A DNA stretch of 62,717 nucleotides, filler included, from Choristocarpus tenellus KU-1152 (Eukaryota > Protista > Phaeophyceae), in NCBI GenBank assembly GCA_964200185.2. It is 8 parts of 8 records of this genome, joined end to end, with 100 filler letters (N's around TTAATTAATTAA, not from the genome) between each part and the next. Parts side by side here need not be neighbours in the genome. Positions count along the whole stretch, not along the records: positions 1 to 18,907 come from CAXNAD020000508.1; positions 19,008 to 29,773 come from CAXNAD020002725.1; 6 more parts are not named here. The stretch is one strand, 5' to 3'. Positions within the stretch are counted from its first letter, which is position 1. Each line of letters begins with the position of its first letter. Position numbers and translations under genes: made by a program. This document shows positions 12,501-25,522 of the stretch, piece by piece. The notes beneath the pieces were generated by a model that was not told where the DNA came from, did not search any database, and saw nothing but the letters and a program-made list of their open reading frames with translations.

Positions 12501-15500
12501 GAATAGTGCATTTGATGTGTGTGTGTGCTACTACTATTTTATGGCCATTAGTACCATTACAAAGAAATAATTCAAACGGTTTTGCTAAAAGTTCTTAGAC
12601 CCTCCTTTGCATTTCCATTGTAGTTTTGACCACTCTCTAATTTTTATTGCATGGCCTGCTTTCTTGCTGTAGGTTGTTAGAGATTGATTTAGATGGGTCA
12701 ATAAGGAGATTACGATTACTAAAGAGTTTCCACTAATATTTTTCTTATTTTATTTTTCCAGAATATTTTGCGGTAGTGTACATTGTTTGACAGGTGTGCG
12801 GTAAGTGTGATGAGATGGATTTGTGGTTCTGCTTGTTTGGTTTTGTGTTGGTATGATCTAATAGAGTACGGCTGGATGATAATGGTTGTGCTACTGAAGA
12901 AAAGCAGAATATATCTATGTTTTATCGAGGACTATATCTTGTTCTTCCAATTGTGCATTTGGCAGACCCTTGTTAGAAGCACCTTGTTGTGCAAAAAGGG
13001 AATTTGAGGCATACACAGTGCGGTAGTTATAAATACTTGCAAAATCTTCACCTACACCTATTTGTTGGGGATTTCGCTCAAAGTGTGTTGATAGTTCCGA
13101 TATCTGCGTTTGGGGGAGATAAATAGATGTGTGTTTGGCAGCAGTGCTAAGAGTTTAGCTTTCTCTTGGTATGTGAACATTTATTAAGGGATTTTCTCTC
13201 TCTTTTTGTGCCCCAGGACCACTTGGTGAATGCTAATATGTGCGAGTTTAGAGAGGATTGCGTTGTTTGTGGAGCGGGGTGTTACCATAATCTGAAGAGT
13301 ATTCCAGGAGACTATCTATTCAATCTGAAGGACGACCCAAGAGAACAGTTCAATCTGATTGATGATTACCCCAAGGTGAGAACAGTACAAAAATGGGATG
13401 GCTAACCGTCAAAGTATTACGTAGATTGTGTTTGTTTGCGTTGATGTGGTATCATCATTGTGGTTGGTGGTGCAGTAAATAGAGCTTGTCAAGGTGGGAT
13501 AATTTCTCAGTAGAGTTAGGTACTGTATGTATGTGCTTGATCTAAATAGTGCATTTCATGCATGGCATCCGCCCAAATCGGAGTATCCAAGGCACAATAG
13601 TACTAGGATGTGTGTCAAGAACCGTTGTTCTGTACCACTACCAAATAGTAGTAGCAATTACTAGGGTATTTCTTCCTGCACCTGGATATAATTTACTATT
13701 ATACTCCATGCCTACTCCCTCTGCTAGGTTGCAATGGATTATCAGGTCTTTGACTCTGCAGCTCATGTATCGGTGGGGTCGGGGTTTTTTTCCAGTAATA
13801 CACATGTTTTAAAAGAAGGGGTAATATTCCAAATTGTCAGGTATCAAGTAAATGACATTAATCCCGAAGTATTGATTATTTGTTGTTCTCAAGGACAATT
13901 TCGGTGACGGTAGATCACCCGGTGACAGGGTGTGAAATCAGGCCTGAAACTATGAAATGGTGTAATGATGTTCAGTTGCCTCGCTGCAGAGGAGCATGTT
14001 GCAAGGCACCGAAATTTCAAATTTTCCTCCTGGTATGTGTTCGCGTTTTTACTAGATCATCAATATTTTCAGAGAGAATTCAGACCTCCCTGGTCTGCAA
14101 TGAGCAGAAGAATCTGAGGTCCAGATTACTAACCCCCTCAGGTTCAAGAAGCAAGCATAGTGATGGCCGGCTTATTGATGAGCATGAGTAACTTAGTCAG
14201 ACATATCATGGACAACCACAACAGCCTGTCAGAATGATATGAGGCCCTACAGAACCGTTTTTCTGAGATGGGATAAGAGGAAGGGGCATTTTATGATTGA
14301 AGTTTTTTAAAAGTTCATTTACCTGTGGGGGAAGATCTGGCTGTTGCAATAATGGAATGGAAGACCTGTTGAAGAAGATGAGGTGTTGGATGATTAACAT
14401 AGGGTGGAATTGAGTGCTATGGACAATTTTTATGTGGACAAATACTTAAACCAGATATGACAAGTGGCAGGATGTGGGCGTGGTGACAGGATTGAGGTGC
14501 AGAACAGACTGCCATGTAATCTTATCCCTTGCATGAAATTGTTTGAACACATGCACTACCATCAATGCTTCATAAACCGCACCCAACTTTAACACACCCG
14601 CTATGAGGCTGATCTTCTGAAGTTACTTGTAGCCTATTGTAGTTCATCGATTGATGAGCCTACCCCCGGGAGGGATGAAGCTCATGCCATCGATCGAGGG
14701 GGGACGGTTGAGTAGGAGGAACCTTCCTCAATGGTGACCGGAATAGATGTCCATCCTGGGCGATTGGCTGGAGCAACTGCAACATCAGAGGAGGACGTTG
14801 TGGTGATTGATGAGCTTACCCCTACGGGGGACTGTTGGGGAGGAGGGACTTGCCTGCAAGGCATGACTGGAGGAGATTTTGTGTCAACTGGTGAGGTTAC
14901 CCTTGGAGGAGTTGAAGATTTGCCATTATGCTTATGGGGACCATTGAGGAGGGGGGGCTATCATCAAGTATAGATACCACTTGCAACTTGCGACAACACC
15001 AATGGAACATGAAGCAACAACTGATAGCTGGCCTTGGGAGGGGACTGCAACAGTTGTCATAGCTCCCGTAGGAGCTGAGTGGGGGAGTGAGACATGCTAC
15101 ACTTTTAAGACATCCATCAAATGCACCTTCAACTCACAAATTGCCAGGAGGCAATGGTACATAACATTGCTGTAGTGTTCCAGCCATTCATCTGGGATAT
15201 GGCAGATTTGTAGAACTTCTGTAGCAGGTTTGTGCGGATATATGTGGGCTGAGACTCCAAGAATGCTGAGTTTGAGACTCTACTGGATGAGCACAAAATA
15301 TGGCATGAGTACGATGTGCCAGGAAATCAATTTATCGGGAATGTGGAACGGGCAACTTGCTCCAATTGCAGAGAAAGGCTTGGTCATGATGCACAAAGCT
15401 GATCTTGGAGATCGGTTAGGATTGTGGGCTGGGACACACAGTGTGGCTACTAGTATTACCCCAACAAAACGTCTGCTAATTCCCAATGGATGTACACATC

Positions 15501-18031
15501 TTTGGATTTGGGGGCAGGGGTATGGTGTTAGAGGAAGTGGATTCGGGTCTAAACAGGGAGGTGATGGATGAGTTCTGGTGAGATCGTTGTGGATACAGAA
15601 AAGTTGGATGGCACGCTGGACACTGGCATTGGTGATGATCTGATGTCGCAACATGGGATTGGGGGAAGTATCTTGTTACTTTTACTTGCGGACCGTAGCA
15701 CTATCCCTACACCTTTTAACCAGGCGAGTCATTGGAGTGTCAAGTGAGGTGCGAGAAGCAACTGGATGATCTGCTTATTGGTGGGGAAGTGAGAGTACTC
15801 CTGCCGAAGACCTAGGATGATGAGAGAGGCAATGTAGTTAAAGGAGTACCTGTGGAATGGGGTGGTAAAAGGGGAAGTGTATAGACAACAGAGGGGCTAG
15901 AATCCAAGTACCTTGCTCATCAGATAGACATGGGGTTCTTAACCAAGGCAGGCGGATGGAAAAGGGAAAGTGTAAGGTCTAAGGATATGACTGCAGGTAT
16001 TTAGACAGGAAGAGGGAGGAATACTTGAAGTTGTTTGTACCTATACCCACCCATGCTTCCCTACTTGCATTAACAGCGAAAAAGAATCCTGACCTGACTC
16101 AAAGTATTTTGGGCTGGGGGGGGGGGGGGATCTACACCAGAGAGTCCATTCTGGTTCTGACCGGGAGAAGTGCACCTAATCACCCGAAAATCTGGAAAAG
16201 TGTATTTACATTGTCCACCCGACACATGCAACCAAATCACCCGAAAATCGTGACATAGAAAAATAGACCCTGCATGGACAGCCGTCACCCCCCTCCTGAT
16301 ACTTCGAGCCACCTGATTTGCAGTCATGGGAAGAAATCCTTTGCCCAGGCTGACTTGTTGAAGACACTATATGTGAAGCTACCAAAGGGGGTGGCAAAGT
16401 TTGTTAGGGCGTTGGTATTGCTGGTGAATGGTGTGTTGGAGCTGAGATTGGAGCAGTTTGAGGCAGATCCATGTTTATTCCAACTGATTGTGGCAGGTGA
16501 GGTTGTGATGGTAATGCTTGTCCATGTGGATGACGTAGTGACGGCTGAGGAATAAGGGTCAGGATACCCTGTTGAGACCAAGTTCATGGGCTGCAGGTTC
16601 GAGAAACCAGAAGCCTGTGGCACTCGTGGTGGATCCGTTTACCTTGGAGATCTGACAAGGAGATGTGGTATTGGTGCGACGAGAAAACTGCCATCAATCA
16701 CCATGGGGGTGGAGGAGGGGCCTGTTCGAAATGGTCACAGATCAATGTTTTGTCGTATTCAGTGGTCAGCAATATGAACATACTGACTAGGTGTAATGGG
16801 TCTTCTGCTGTCCAAGAGTTGGCATCACATGTGGAGAATCTGAGTTGGTCTGACTGGTTTAGTGGTGAGAGAGTGATATGGTATCTTATGGGGACGAGAG
16901 AGAATGACACTATTTGGAGAATTTTGATTGGATTGGAATTGATGGAGGGATCAGCTAATTGACTCTATGGATACTGATTATGCAATTTTCAAAGAGAATA
17001 GTTTGTCTATTTCTGGTGGTGTGCAAATGTTTGGGAGAGGAGTTTTCGACTGGTGGTCTAGAAAGTAGAAAGTGGTTAAACTTTGTACTGTTGAGGCTGA
17101 GTATGTTGAATAGTGTGAGTTAGGGAAAGAGGTCAAGTTCCTTTAGCAGGTGCACATGTTCAAGTAGTCATTTCATGGGGATAGCTTTGTATCAGTGTTT
17201 TGAAGATGTTGATGGTGGTATTGAGATTGCTCAGAAGACTGTATGTGTGGGGATAGAACTAAGCGCGTTGGTATTCATTACCACTGTGTATATCAGTTGG
17301 AGAGGGAAGGGAAGATTTTGTATGGGTATTTTCCTACCAAGTTCCAGTGTGTGGATTTTTTACAAAGGGTCTGTGGAAGGAATCCCTTGATAGATATACT
17401 AGCATTATCTTGTGTAGTATGGAGTGGGACTGATTTGGTGTTTGTAATTTAGGAACTTGAGTTTTGTTGGGTGTTTGCAGCAAGGGCGCTTATCGAAAAT
17501 ATCCTGTAGAAAACAATTTGGTGGAAGAGAGTAAGATTGTGTTCGGAAGAATATGAGATAACCATTTTTTGTCAGCTGGAGTAAAAGGAGATTTCAGGGA
17601 TGGAAACTTTGTAGCAGGTAATGGGTTATATGCAGGTGTCAGTATTTCCTTTATTACAGTGTAAATGTTATTCTCTGGGCGACTTTGTTTGTAGTGGCTC
17701 ATCTCCCTCTAGTCTGATATGTACCTTTATGGATATACCACATACAATACTTGATGCTAAGAAAGAGTGAGCTTGAACATGCATACATACAAGAATTTAT
17801 CCTGAACCCTAACCTCCTTTGCCCTTGTTTTCTCTGTGTATGTATATATGCACGTAGGTGGCAGTTGCCCTTGGAGAGCGAGCAAATAAAGTGGTCAACC
17901 AAGAGTGGGTTGGCTCCCTCTATACAGATATTGATTGCATGGCTTATCGCATATGGGCTCACCACAACGACTGGATGTTGCCTTGGTACCAATACTCTCT
18001 AAACATGTCTTCCAACTCTTCTTGCTCATAG
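583..18031 (+). CDS. Formylglycine-dependent (S1 family, arylsulfatase B-like) sulfatase with N-terminal transmembrane anchor; complete, 11 exons, about 735 aa
   Basis: Exons 583-1287 (alternative in-frame ATG at 547), 3157-3294, 4178-4333, 5271-5432, 6053-6146, 6879-7132, 7846-7979, 11754-11882, 12341-12443, 13217-13375 and 17858-18031 (TAG). All introns are GT-AG with matching phases; total 2208 nt. Motifs: [28 protein letters not shown] (CxPxR signature), [85 protein letters not shown]. Hydrophobic helix [21 protein letters not shown] near the N-terminus. Confidence 0.93.
9700..11110 (+). mobile_element. Degenerate Tc1/IS630-like DDE transposase remnant in sulfatase intron 7
   Basis: Translated fragments [17 protein letters not shown] (about 10204-10254) and [43 protein letters not shown] (10372-10500) resemble the KGxRLIIxHA...DYHxxMxxxxFxxW...LxP...VIVxDNAxYH core of Tc1/IS630-like transposases. 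Stops and frameshifts are present; boundaries are approximate. Confidence 0.55.
16096..16310. mobile_element. MITE subfamily A (TIR GACTCAAAGTAT.../...GATACTTCGAGCC), 4-bp TSD ACCT
   Basis: Inverted termini; ACCT at both 16092-16095 and 16311-16314; internal sequence similar to copies at 39767 and 48143; internal duplication of AATCACCCGAAAATC. Confidence 0.85.
16330..17460 (+). mobile_element. Degenerate Ty1/copia retrotransposon RT-RNaseH remnant in sulfatase intron 10
   Basis: [16 protein letters not shown]...[11 protein letters not shown]...MLVHVDDVV (copia RT, YVDD-type motif) and DTDYA...[10 protein letters not shown]...DWWSRK...LCTVEAEYV (RNase H); multiple stops. Confidence 0.85.
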
Positions 18032-18625
18032 GCATCATCATTGCTATCATATAGCCCTTCACGATAGTATTGGTCAGCAGGTGAAGGGACAGTGTAGTGA
18101 CAATTTTATAAGTTGAAATTGCTTTTTTTTCATTGGAGAACGTTTTTCTAAGAAGAAAGTACACTGTATTAGTGCATGGACTCCTTTGGATGTGTATGAA
18201 CCCATGGTTTTTAGTCTTCAATAGTAGTTGAGTGATTGGCAGAACAGGCTGAAGGCGGCGTTCATTTGTTATTCACTGCAGCTTTTTTGATAAAGCAGAT
18301 GCACTAGTGTAAGGGGTTGATGAACCCAATTTTTGGTGTGTACAAAAAAATATATTATGTGTAGTAAGATTGATATGTGCCTGTTAATGTTCCTAATATC
18401 CCTGTGTAGGGATTTTGGAGGGGTTGGACCGTGATTCACCTTGGCAAGAATTTTTTTTGAGGGCTGGACCAGGGACATGGCAATTTCCGTGGACCGGGCC
18501 ATTTGCTGCCTTGGGTTTTTAGGTAGTTTGGAAATACAGTGCCAAATCTCATTTTTATCAGGGTTAGGTGTCAAGGATGGTTGAGCCAGACCTGATAGTT
18601 TGTGTATGGATTACATGCTGCTGTA

Positions 18626-18798
18626 GAGTGGAAGTATCTCAGGGGCTTGGCCTACCACAGGTTTTTTAATGAAAATATATCCAGAACAAGGATACTGACA
18701 TCTCCTAGCAAACATGATAGGCAAAATTACATCAAAATCCCAAGTTGAACTTTGACCTCCAAATGGACACGTCTCTACCCTCTAAGATACATCGACTC
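18626..18798. mobile_element. MITE subfamily B, internally deleted copy
   Basis: Starts GAGTGGAAGTATCTC and ends CCCTCTAAGATACATCGACTC; right half aligns with the copies at 40249-40508 and 56564-56834; no matching TSD. Confidence 0.7.
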
Positions 18799-18907
18799 AC
18801 ATGAATTCTTTGATTTCGAGTTTAAAAACAGAGGTTTGGATATAAGATGTGTTCGATTAGACTCTTCCAACTCTATCGGACAGTTACGGTAAATTATTTA
18901 TGGAGTA

Positions 18908-19007
18908 NNNNNNNNNNNNNNNNNNNNNNNNNNNNNNNNNNNNNNNNNNNNTTAATTAATTAANNNNNNNNNNNNNNNNNNNNNNNNNNNNNNNNNNNNN
19001 NNNNNNN
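18908..19007. other. Assembly gap with artificial six-frame-stop linker
   Basis: N-run, TTAATTAATTAA, N-run. The same linker occurs at 29774-29873, 40855-40954, 47819-47918, 52058-52157, 55931-56030 and 59363-59462; a short N-run lies at 47035-47043. Confidence 0.97.
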
Positions 19008-19193
19008 CCCCCCACCCCCCAGATACTTTTGACACTAGTCACTGTTACTCCAGTACCACTTGGATCAATGGGCCTGCTGTACTTGAGAGTAGTGCCAGTT
19101 GGACGATCCCCTGGACCTGCAATGAACTCTTGAGGAACTCTTGAGAAACTCTTGAGGAACTCTGATCACTTGTGTATCCATCCTGCCATCCCA

Positions 19194-19225
19194 AGGGTTA
19201 GGGTTAGGGTTAAGGTTAGGGTTAG
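19194..19225. repeat. Interstitial telomere-like (TTAGGG)n tract, one of about 12 short tracts in the window
   Basis: GGGTTAGGGTTAGGGTTAAGGTTAGGGTTAG; others at about 53, 3128, 4356, 11893, 12244, 20078, 20530, 23970, 24046, 24070 and 60457. Confidence 0.85.
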
Positions 19226-19671
19226 TGTGTGTTTGAGGGGTGAAGCTCCTTTCGGTGGGCAGTGCTGTGTGAGTGCAGTGATGGTGTAGCCAAGGTTCTA
19301 CATGTACAGTATGTAGAGTGTGCCACAATTTCGTCGTAGCCATTGTGTTTAGTTTTCCGTTTTTTTTCTTTTTTGTGAAGTCTGTAGGGTTAGAGATGGG
19401 GTGCTTGTGTTCCATTGTGTGTTGGTATGATTCAATAGTTGCTTGAGGTTACAAATTGCATTTTTTAGGACTGTGGAGTGTCTGCAACAACGTGTGTTCC
19501 CCACTCTAATAATTGAATTGTGTTCTGTCAGCAGTTCAAGAGTATAATAATTCCACGTCGTTCCACACCATGTTCGGAAGTAACGCCTTCAACAGTCAAT
19601 TGAAAACTCGCCCCTGCCCAGCCGTTCCTGACCCGTCCTCCTCTACCCCTTCCCACACGCAAACAATACAG

Positions 19672-22600
19672 GAATGAGCAAGGCTTACAGGAGCATCTTG
19701 CTAGTGGGGGCCAGTATGTACAAGGGAGAGGAGGAGCTAGTCTCCAGGGTCTATTGCGATCACCGACAGTGGTCTTGATCATGATTCAGGGGCTTCCTGG
19801 CTGCATTCCTTGGGGGGTGGGCAGAGATTGCATTTTGTCCGACAAAGATGGCTCGTTTTTTTTTTTTTTTTTTGTTTTTTTTTTTTTTTTCTTTTAATTT
19901 CAAATTTCGGCCTCTGCCTGAGACTAAAACAGGGTATTTTTTTTTTTTTTTTTGTTATCTTTATAGGGGTCTTGTGTAGATGGGACTTCAATATACAACG
20001 GGCTGGCGATTTGTATGAGAAAAATATTTTTCTCCTGCAGCCCAACCCTAGCTGTGTATTTAACTTTAAGCTATTTGGGTTAGGGTTTAGGGTTGGAGGA
20101 AAATGTTCAAGATGAGATCACATGTGTGCCTACAGTGGTGTTTGGTGGCAACGTCGATACGTCTTCAATAAGGCACTATTATTTTTATGTAGCAAATTGT
20201 TCAAGATGAGATCACATGTATGCCTACAGTGGTGTTTGGTGGCAACGTCAATACGTCTTCAATAAGGCACTATTATTTTTATTTTATCATTTCAATTCAT
20301 TTTATTTAGTCTTATCTAAGTTAGAGACATGAATAGCTGTCAAGAGTTGGCTCGCAGCATGGTTGAGGATGACTGAGAGTCTTGGCTACTTGTAACGCCT
20401 TCAAATGCACATGTTGAACTCCATGAATTTAACATGAATTATCCTGTATCCATGTTGTGACCTTTTGATATTAACAGCCTGATATATGTAACTAAATCAT
20501 GGTAAATATGTGGGTGAAGTGAGATGGCTAGGGTTAGGGTTTCATAGCAGGGAACAGTTGGGTTCTCTCAAGCAAGATTTTCATTTTTTTTTAAATCTAA
20601 GTAAGCATATACCTCCTTACCAATCGGTAAGCTTTGTACTCCAAGTCAACTTTATTACAATTTTTGTTAAAAGTGAACCCATGAACAACTAACTCCCTGC
20701 TTCTTACAAGTGCTCTTCTTTTTTCTTCTTTTTTTAAATAGTGTGTTTTATTTATATTTTAATTGCAGGTGATCACTGTGTACCTGAACGACTACCTCCT
20801 ACAGCAGAGGAGTATGCAGGCGGAGCAAGCAACACTCGTTATGGGGGCATTTGGTGTTGGGAACTCAATGGGGCAGGTATTTGGGGCCAAGGAAGGGCAA
20901 AGACTCTACAACAAGGAGGCTCGCTTCCAGCCGATGCTCATGGCGGTGAGAAATCTTAGCCCTCCTATTTCCTCTAGATTGCTGTGTGTGTGTGTGTTTT
21001 TTTTTTAATGTTGATATTGGAAGGCATAGGTTGACTGTCATTTTTTTTGCATACGAGTCGAATAGAGCCATATTTATGTTTTTTTGTTCGGTGTGTAAGA
21101 AGAACAATAAAAATATCAATGGTGAACTATTAGAACCTTTTCTAGGAGATGAGAAGATGTGGTCTGATCAGGAACTCTTGTTCCTTGTGAAGTGAACAAT
21201 ATGCTTTCTGTACACCAGTAGGTAGTACATGAATGGTATCTCTTGTATCCAGTAGGTAGTACAAGAATGATTCACTTGTCGAACCAATCAAATCAAAATT
21301 CGATATATGGTGGACAAATCAATTTCTGGCAGATCAACGTCTGTTCCTGTTGTAAATCCAAGTTGGGGCGTGTTCTTACAAATATAATATTTAGGAGCTA
21401 AGTCATTCATTTGTGGACTGCTTATCATTTGTACCCATTTTTATTTTTATTTCCAAGGGTGGTGTGGGACAAATCCTCCAAGAGCCTGATGACATGTTGA
21501 TGGAATAGAGAGGTGTGTTGTGGTGGGCACAAATGGTCCTTGCAACCATAAATCATTATTAGGGAGGGATGGATTCATACAAGTTTATATTTGTGCTACT
21601 GAATCATTTGTACATTTTTTGAAGGGGTTTAGTGGTACCAACGACAAGAACTTGTACCTCTATTAGCGCAGGACTTGTGGTACCAGTACTTGATACGTGA
21701 GGATTGGCTACTAGTATATCGGCATGTTTTTTGAACTTACTGAAGTTAAGGATGGCCCCAAGATGTGTCTAACCTGGGGACACGGTCTGAATAGAGTAGA
21801 GAGGTCATGTCACCTCATACACTTCAAGGTACCTGTTTAGAAGGGGGGGGGCAGATAATGTTTTTGCTGTTGTGGAACAAGAAGGGAAGCAAGTGCTGTG
21901 TGTGATTACAGTGCTACTGATAGCAGTATGCTAAGATTTGTACACAAGGCCCATAGTATCCTAGAAGGAGGGGGGGGGGGCAGGCGTCCACTTGGGGCCT
22001 TTGTGAAGCTGTAGTGATTTTCTGTAGTGATTTCCATGTCATCTCAGTGAACGTGTCAGATATAAGGGTGATTTTTTTCATCTCAACGCACCTTCCTCTT
22101 CCCCCCCCCCCTACCTGAATTTTTTTTTAAAACACATTATTAAACCCCGAATGGACAACCTGAGCTAAACACACACACGCACACCCCCCTCTAAGATACT
22201 TTGCATTCAAATGTTCTTTTATGTTGAGTTACAACATAAGTAAGAGTTGTGTGTGGAGATGAGCTAGGGGCAGGTCAACAATTCATAATTATCATCTCTC
22301 CATGCATAGGGACATATCATTTACAGTTGTTGATGAAATGGTGAGTGATATCTACATGTCGTGTGTGCTCGGTGCATGGTAATCAACAAGGTTATATATG
22401 AATTAATCGATAATAACACTTGTACGTAACTCATCAACATTGAGTGAGTTGTACTGAGAGCATGATTTCTGGCACAAGATTCCTGTTTAGAAATGGTTCT
22501 TGAAGCACAAGCAAGTTAAGTTGTGATTTGTCCAAGTGTGGAATATTTCTTGGACACTATTGCAGTCCTTGTAGCGATACAATAATAATAATAATAATAG

Positions 22601-25522
22601 AGTCATCTGTCGTATGCACAGAAAGAAGGATGGCCTGTCTGTCCACACAGGATGGATTCTAATGTTGTCCCTAAAAAGTGTGTAATGATATGTTTCTATG
22701 GTTTGGTAATTGAGCTGTTGCAGCTATTAGAGTCATACCTTACCTGTGTGAAGCTTTGGGCGAACACAATCAAGAGGTTAGTTGTTGGTTGTTGTTGGGT
22801 TTTTTTCAAGTCAGGAAATAAATATGTGTAGTATTAAACATCAAATTGTACCAGTTCCTGAGCCTTTTTTAAAAAGTAATTTTGATACTACCCTAACCTA
22901 ATTCTCATTTTTTTCTCATTTTTTAAAACTCGCACTCCTACACATGTCTGAGAAATGCCTGTGATGGTGTCTTTCAAGGGAGGCGTTTTTAACAAATATT
23001 CATCAACCCCCCCCCCCCAGGCTTACATTGGGTGGGTACTCATGTTATTCTTGTTCAATGTGGCATTCCTCTCCTCTCTTTGAATCATGCCACAAGATGG
23101 GTAAACTAGTGATTTGTAGTATTTTTTTTTTGTGAATATAATGGGTTTTTTCCACTCATAGCTGGTGTGTGAGTGCGGGGTACTAATAGTGGCAAGAGGT
23201 GTTCTTGTTGGCAATAAAATTTCATCAAGATAACCGTTTCAGTTTTTTTTGTAATAATAACAATAATAATAACTAACAAATGTGTTTTGAAGTGGAGAAA
23301 AAGCAGTCCTATTTTTATCCTTCGAAGCTTTTTTTTTTCAAAAAGAACTGATGGAACTCTCTCAATACCGATTACAGTTTTTTCTTTCAAGATTCTTGAT
23401 ATTAGTAGATGCATACTATGGAGGCGTTACTCTTCATTCTTTTCTTTTTTTTTTCCCTTTCCCCTCCCGTTGCTCTTCTTTCTATATGGGGTGCAACCCG
23501 ACTCCCTTGTACAATTGCAGGCTACTACATTGTTGGGCACCATCCCTGGCCTGGGACTTCTCCAATATTCTGGGGGAAATGTTTTGGTCTACATAACCTT
23601 GGCAATTACAACGGGGATACTGGCGGCTGTGACTGGACCCAACATCAGGGCTGTTTTGATGTGAGGACTTGGTAGGATGGTATGGAGGGTAACTTACATT
23701 TGATAGCGTTTGGTATAAAGTACAATAGTTTTGTTGTGGACAAGAGGTTGGCTCTAAGGCTTTTGTTTGGGTGACTTGTCTTCTGTCTGGTGGTATACAC
23801 TCCACGGCTTACGGCTGGGGTGCATTTTTATGGGAAGATGATTTTACTATTTTTTGTTGTTGCTGTTGTTCAATTTTTTTGTTTATTTTTCACCCACCTA
23901 TCCAAGTTTGTGTAGAAGTGTTTTGTAGAGAAGGGGAGAACGGATAGTCTTTTGTTGGGGATGGGGATATAGGGTTAGGGTTCGATTTTGCAAGCCTTGG
24001 CTGTGTGTACTTTTGATGTCACGTTTCTTTCTCGCTGTTGTGCTGTTAGGGTTAGGGATCAATTTGTGTTTTAACCCTAACCCTGATGTAGAGATCACGG
24101 GAATGGAATTACGGCCTGAAATTGTGTTCACCAAAGACCTGATTACAAAAAAGAAAATCAGGTATCATCACCGACATAATGTTGGAGGTTGACTGGTTGA
24201 TGTGACAGCATGAGGTATACCTTTGACGGTACGAGCTGGGTTCATTGTACCACCATTCCCTTCCCTCCTGGTCATACCAAACTGCCTAGTAAACCATAAC
24301 CCTATGTTCATCGTTGTACCCTATGATTTTCCTGACATGGAATAAATCCTATTTTGGTGTGTGTTGATTGTTGAATACGTAGTGATGTGTGGCACTTGGC
24401 AACCACCCGGAAGTGAAAGTGAATAAAACGAGTGAGAGAAGGTGGGGAGAAAGAGCTGGCTTTCAGAAAGTCTGTGGAGTTTCCTGGGGTCTTGCTTTGT
24501 GATTTTTTCTGAACACCTCCCCTCCTTCACCTGCCCTCCTGTTTGCAAGGAATGTCACCATCCCATCAAATAGAGGCATGGCATTTGGAATGTTTAACCT
24601 GTTTGATGACCTTGGAAGGGGCCTAGGGCCGGCCCTGGTGGCCTCTCTGGTGGGTATCATGGGCCGTACCAAGGCGTTTTCTGTTGGTATGACCCTGTGG
24701 GTAGTCTGTGGTCTCCTGCTTCAGGTCATGGTGTTCACTGTCACAAAAGATGAGACCAGGGTAAGAATTATCTGTGTTCTAGGGTAGCGGCAGGGGGTGG
24801 GGGTACTATGGAAGAGTGTTATGTGAAGGTACTTGTTGAAGACCTGCTACAATGAGATTTCTAGAAGTTTTGGAATGGCAGAGGGTGCATTAAGACTGAT
24901 GATAGGTAGTGTGTGCATCCATATGTAGGTCATTTTCAGCAGCTTGTGCCCTTCATTCAACACTCACTGGTTGTTGGGGTGGTATTAAAGACAGGTGTGT
25001 CAATCTTACACTTTGATAGATTTTTTTTAAAAGGCACTCGTGAATCATTCCCTCTGCTCTGCTCCCAGGGGGGGGGAGGGTTCCAAGTTGCAATCTTTGA
25101 TTCTAGGGCAATGCAGCAGTTGAAGACCTTGTTGTGCCTAGGCTTGCTGTATCACAAGGATGGGGTTTTGAAATTTGCTTCCAAAGTAGTAGGACCAATT
25201 TCAGCACCTACTTTATTGCATGCTGTTTTGGATTGTGACAATATAGCCCTGAAACTATCCTTGAGAGCTATGGGAAGTGTGGGGGTGGGGGGGGACTGTT
25301 ATTCCCTCAAATGCATCCATCCTTTTTAGGTCAAATCTTTGTCATTCTTCAAGGATGCCCAACTCTGTGTGCCCTGTTGTCTAACCTGACCCCTGCTTTG
25401 CCAATGGGCTTGCTTTTTGACAGGCTCAGGCAGACCTCCAAGCATATGCCATGGTATCTACAGGTACCAAGACAACCCTTGATGCAGCGGAAGATGATGT
25501 ATTGATGGAGCACGAAAATTGA
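19672..25522 (+). CDS. Major facilitator superfamily transporter, C-terminal half (5' exons not found; presumably beyond the upstream gap)
   Basis: Exons 19672-19816, 20769-20945, 23521-23660, 24550-24760 and 25424-25522 (TGA), GT-AG with consistent phases. Joined peptide ...TVVLIMIQGLPGCIPWG|VITVYLNDYL...GAKEGQRLYNK...TGPNIRAVLM|NVTIPSNRGMAFGMFNLFDDLGRGLGP... has about 6 transmembrane helices and the MFS 'P..RG.AFG.FNL...LG..LGP' motif. Confidence 0.88.
20104..20281. repeat. Tandem duplication, period about 94 bp, two near-identical copies
   Basis: TTCAAGATGAGATCACATGT...AATAAGGCACTATTATTTTTA occurs at about 20107 and again at about 20200. Confidence 0.9.
21948..22207. mobile_element. MITE subfamily C (same TIR group)
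   Basis: Starts GGCCCATAGTATCCTAGAAGG and ends CCCCCTCTAAGATACTTTG; subterminal GTCCACTTGGGG / CCCCGAATGGAC. Confidence 0.7.

Noticed and set aside
13372-17861. Sulfatase introns 6 and 10 have AG|GT at both ends, like an AGGT TSD
   Set aside because: No MITE TIR at either intron end, and AG|GT is the ordinary proto-splice consensus, so this is not evidence of introner origin.
18952-18963. Recurrent TTAATTAATTAA palindrome within N-runs
   Set aside because: Artificial contig linker with stops in all six frames; not biological. Gene neighbourhoods across these linkers (for example sulfatase next to the MFS transporter) should not be read as a cluster.
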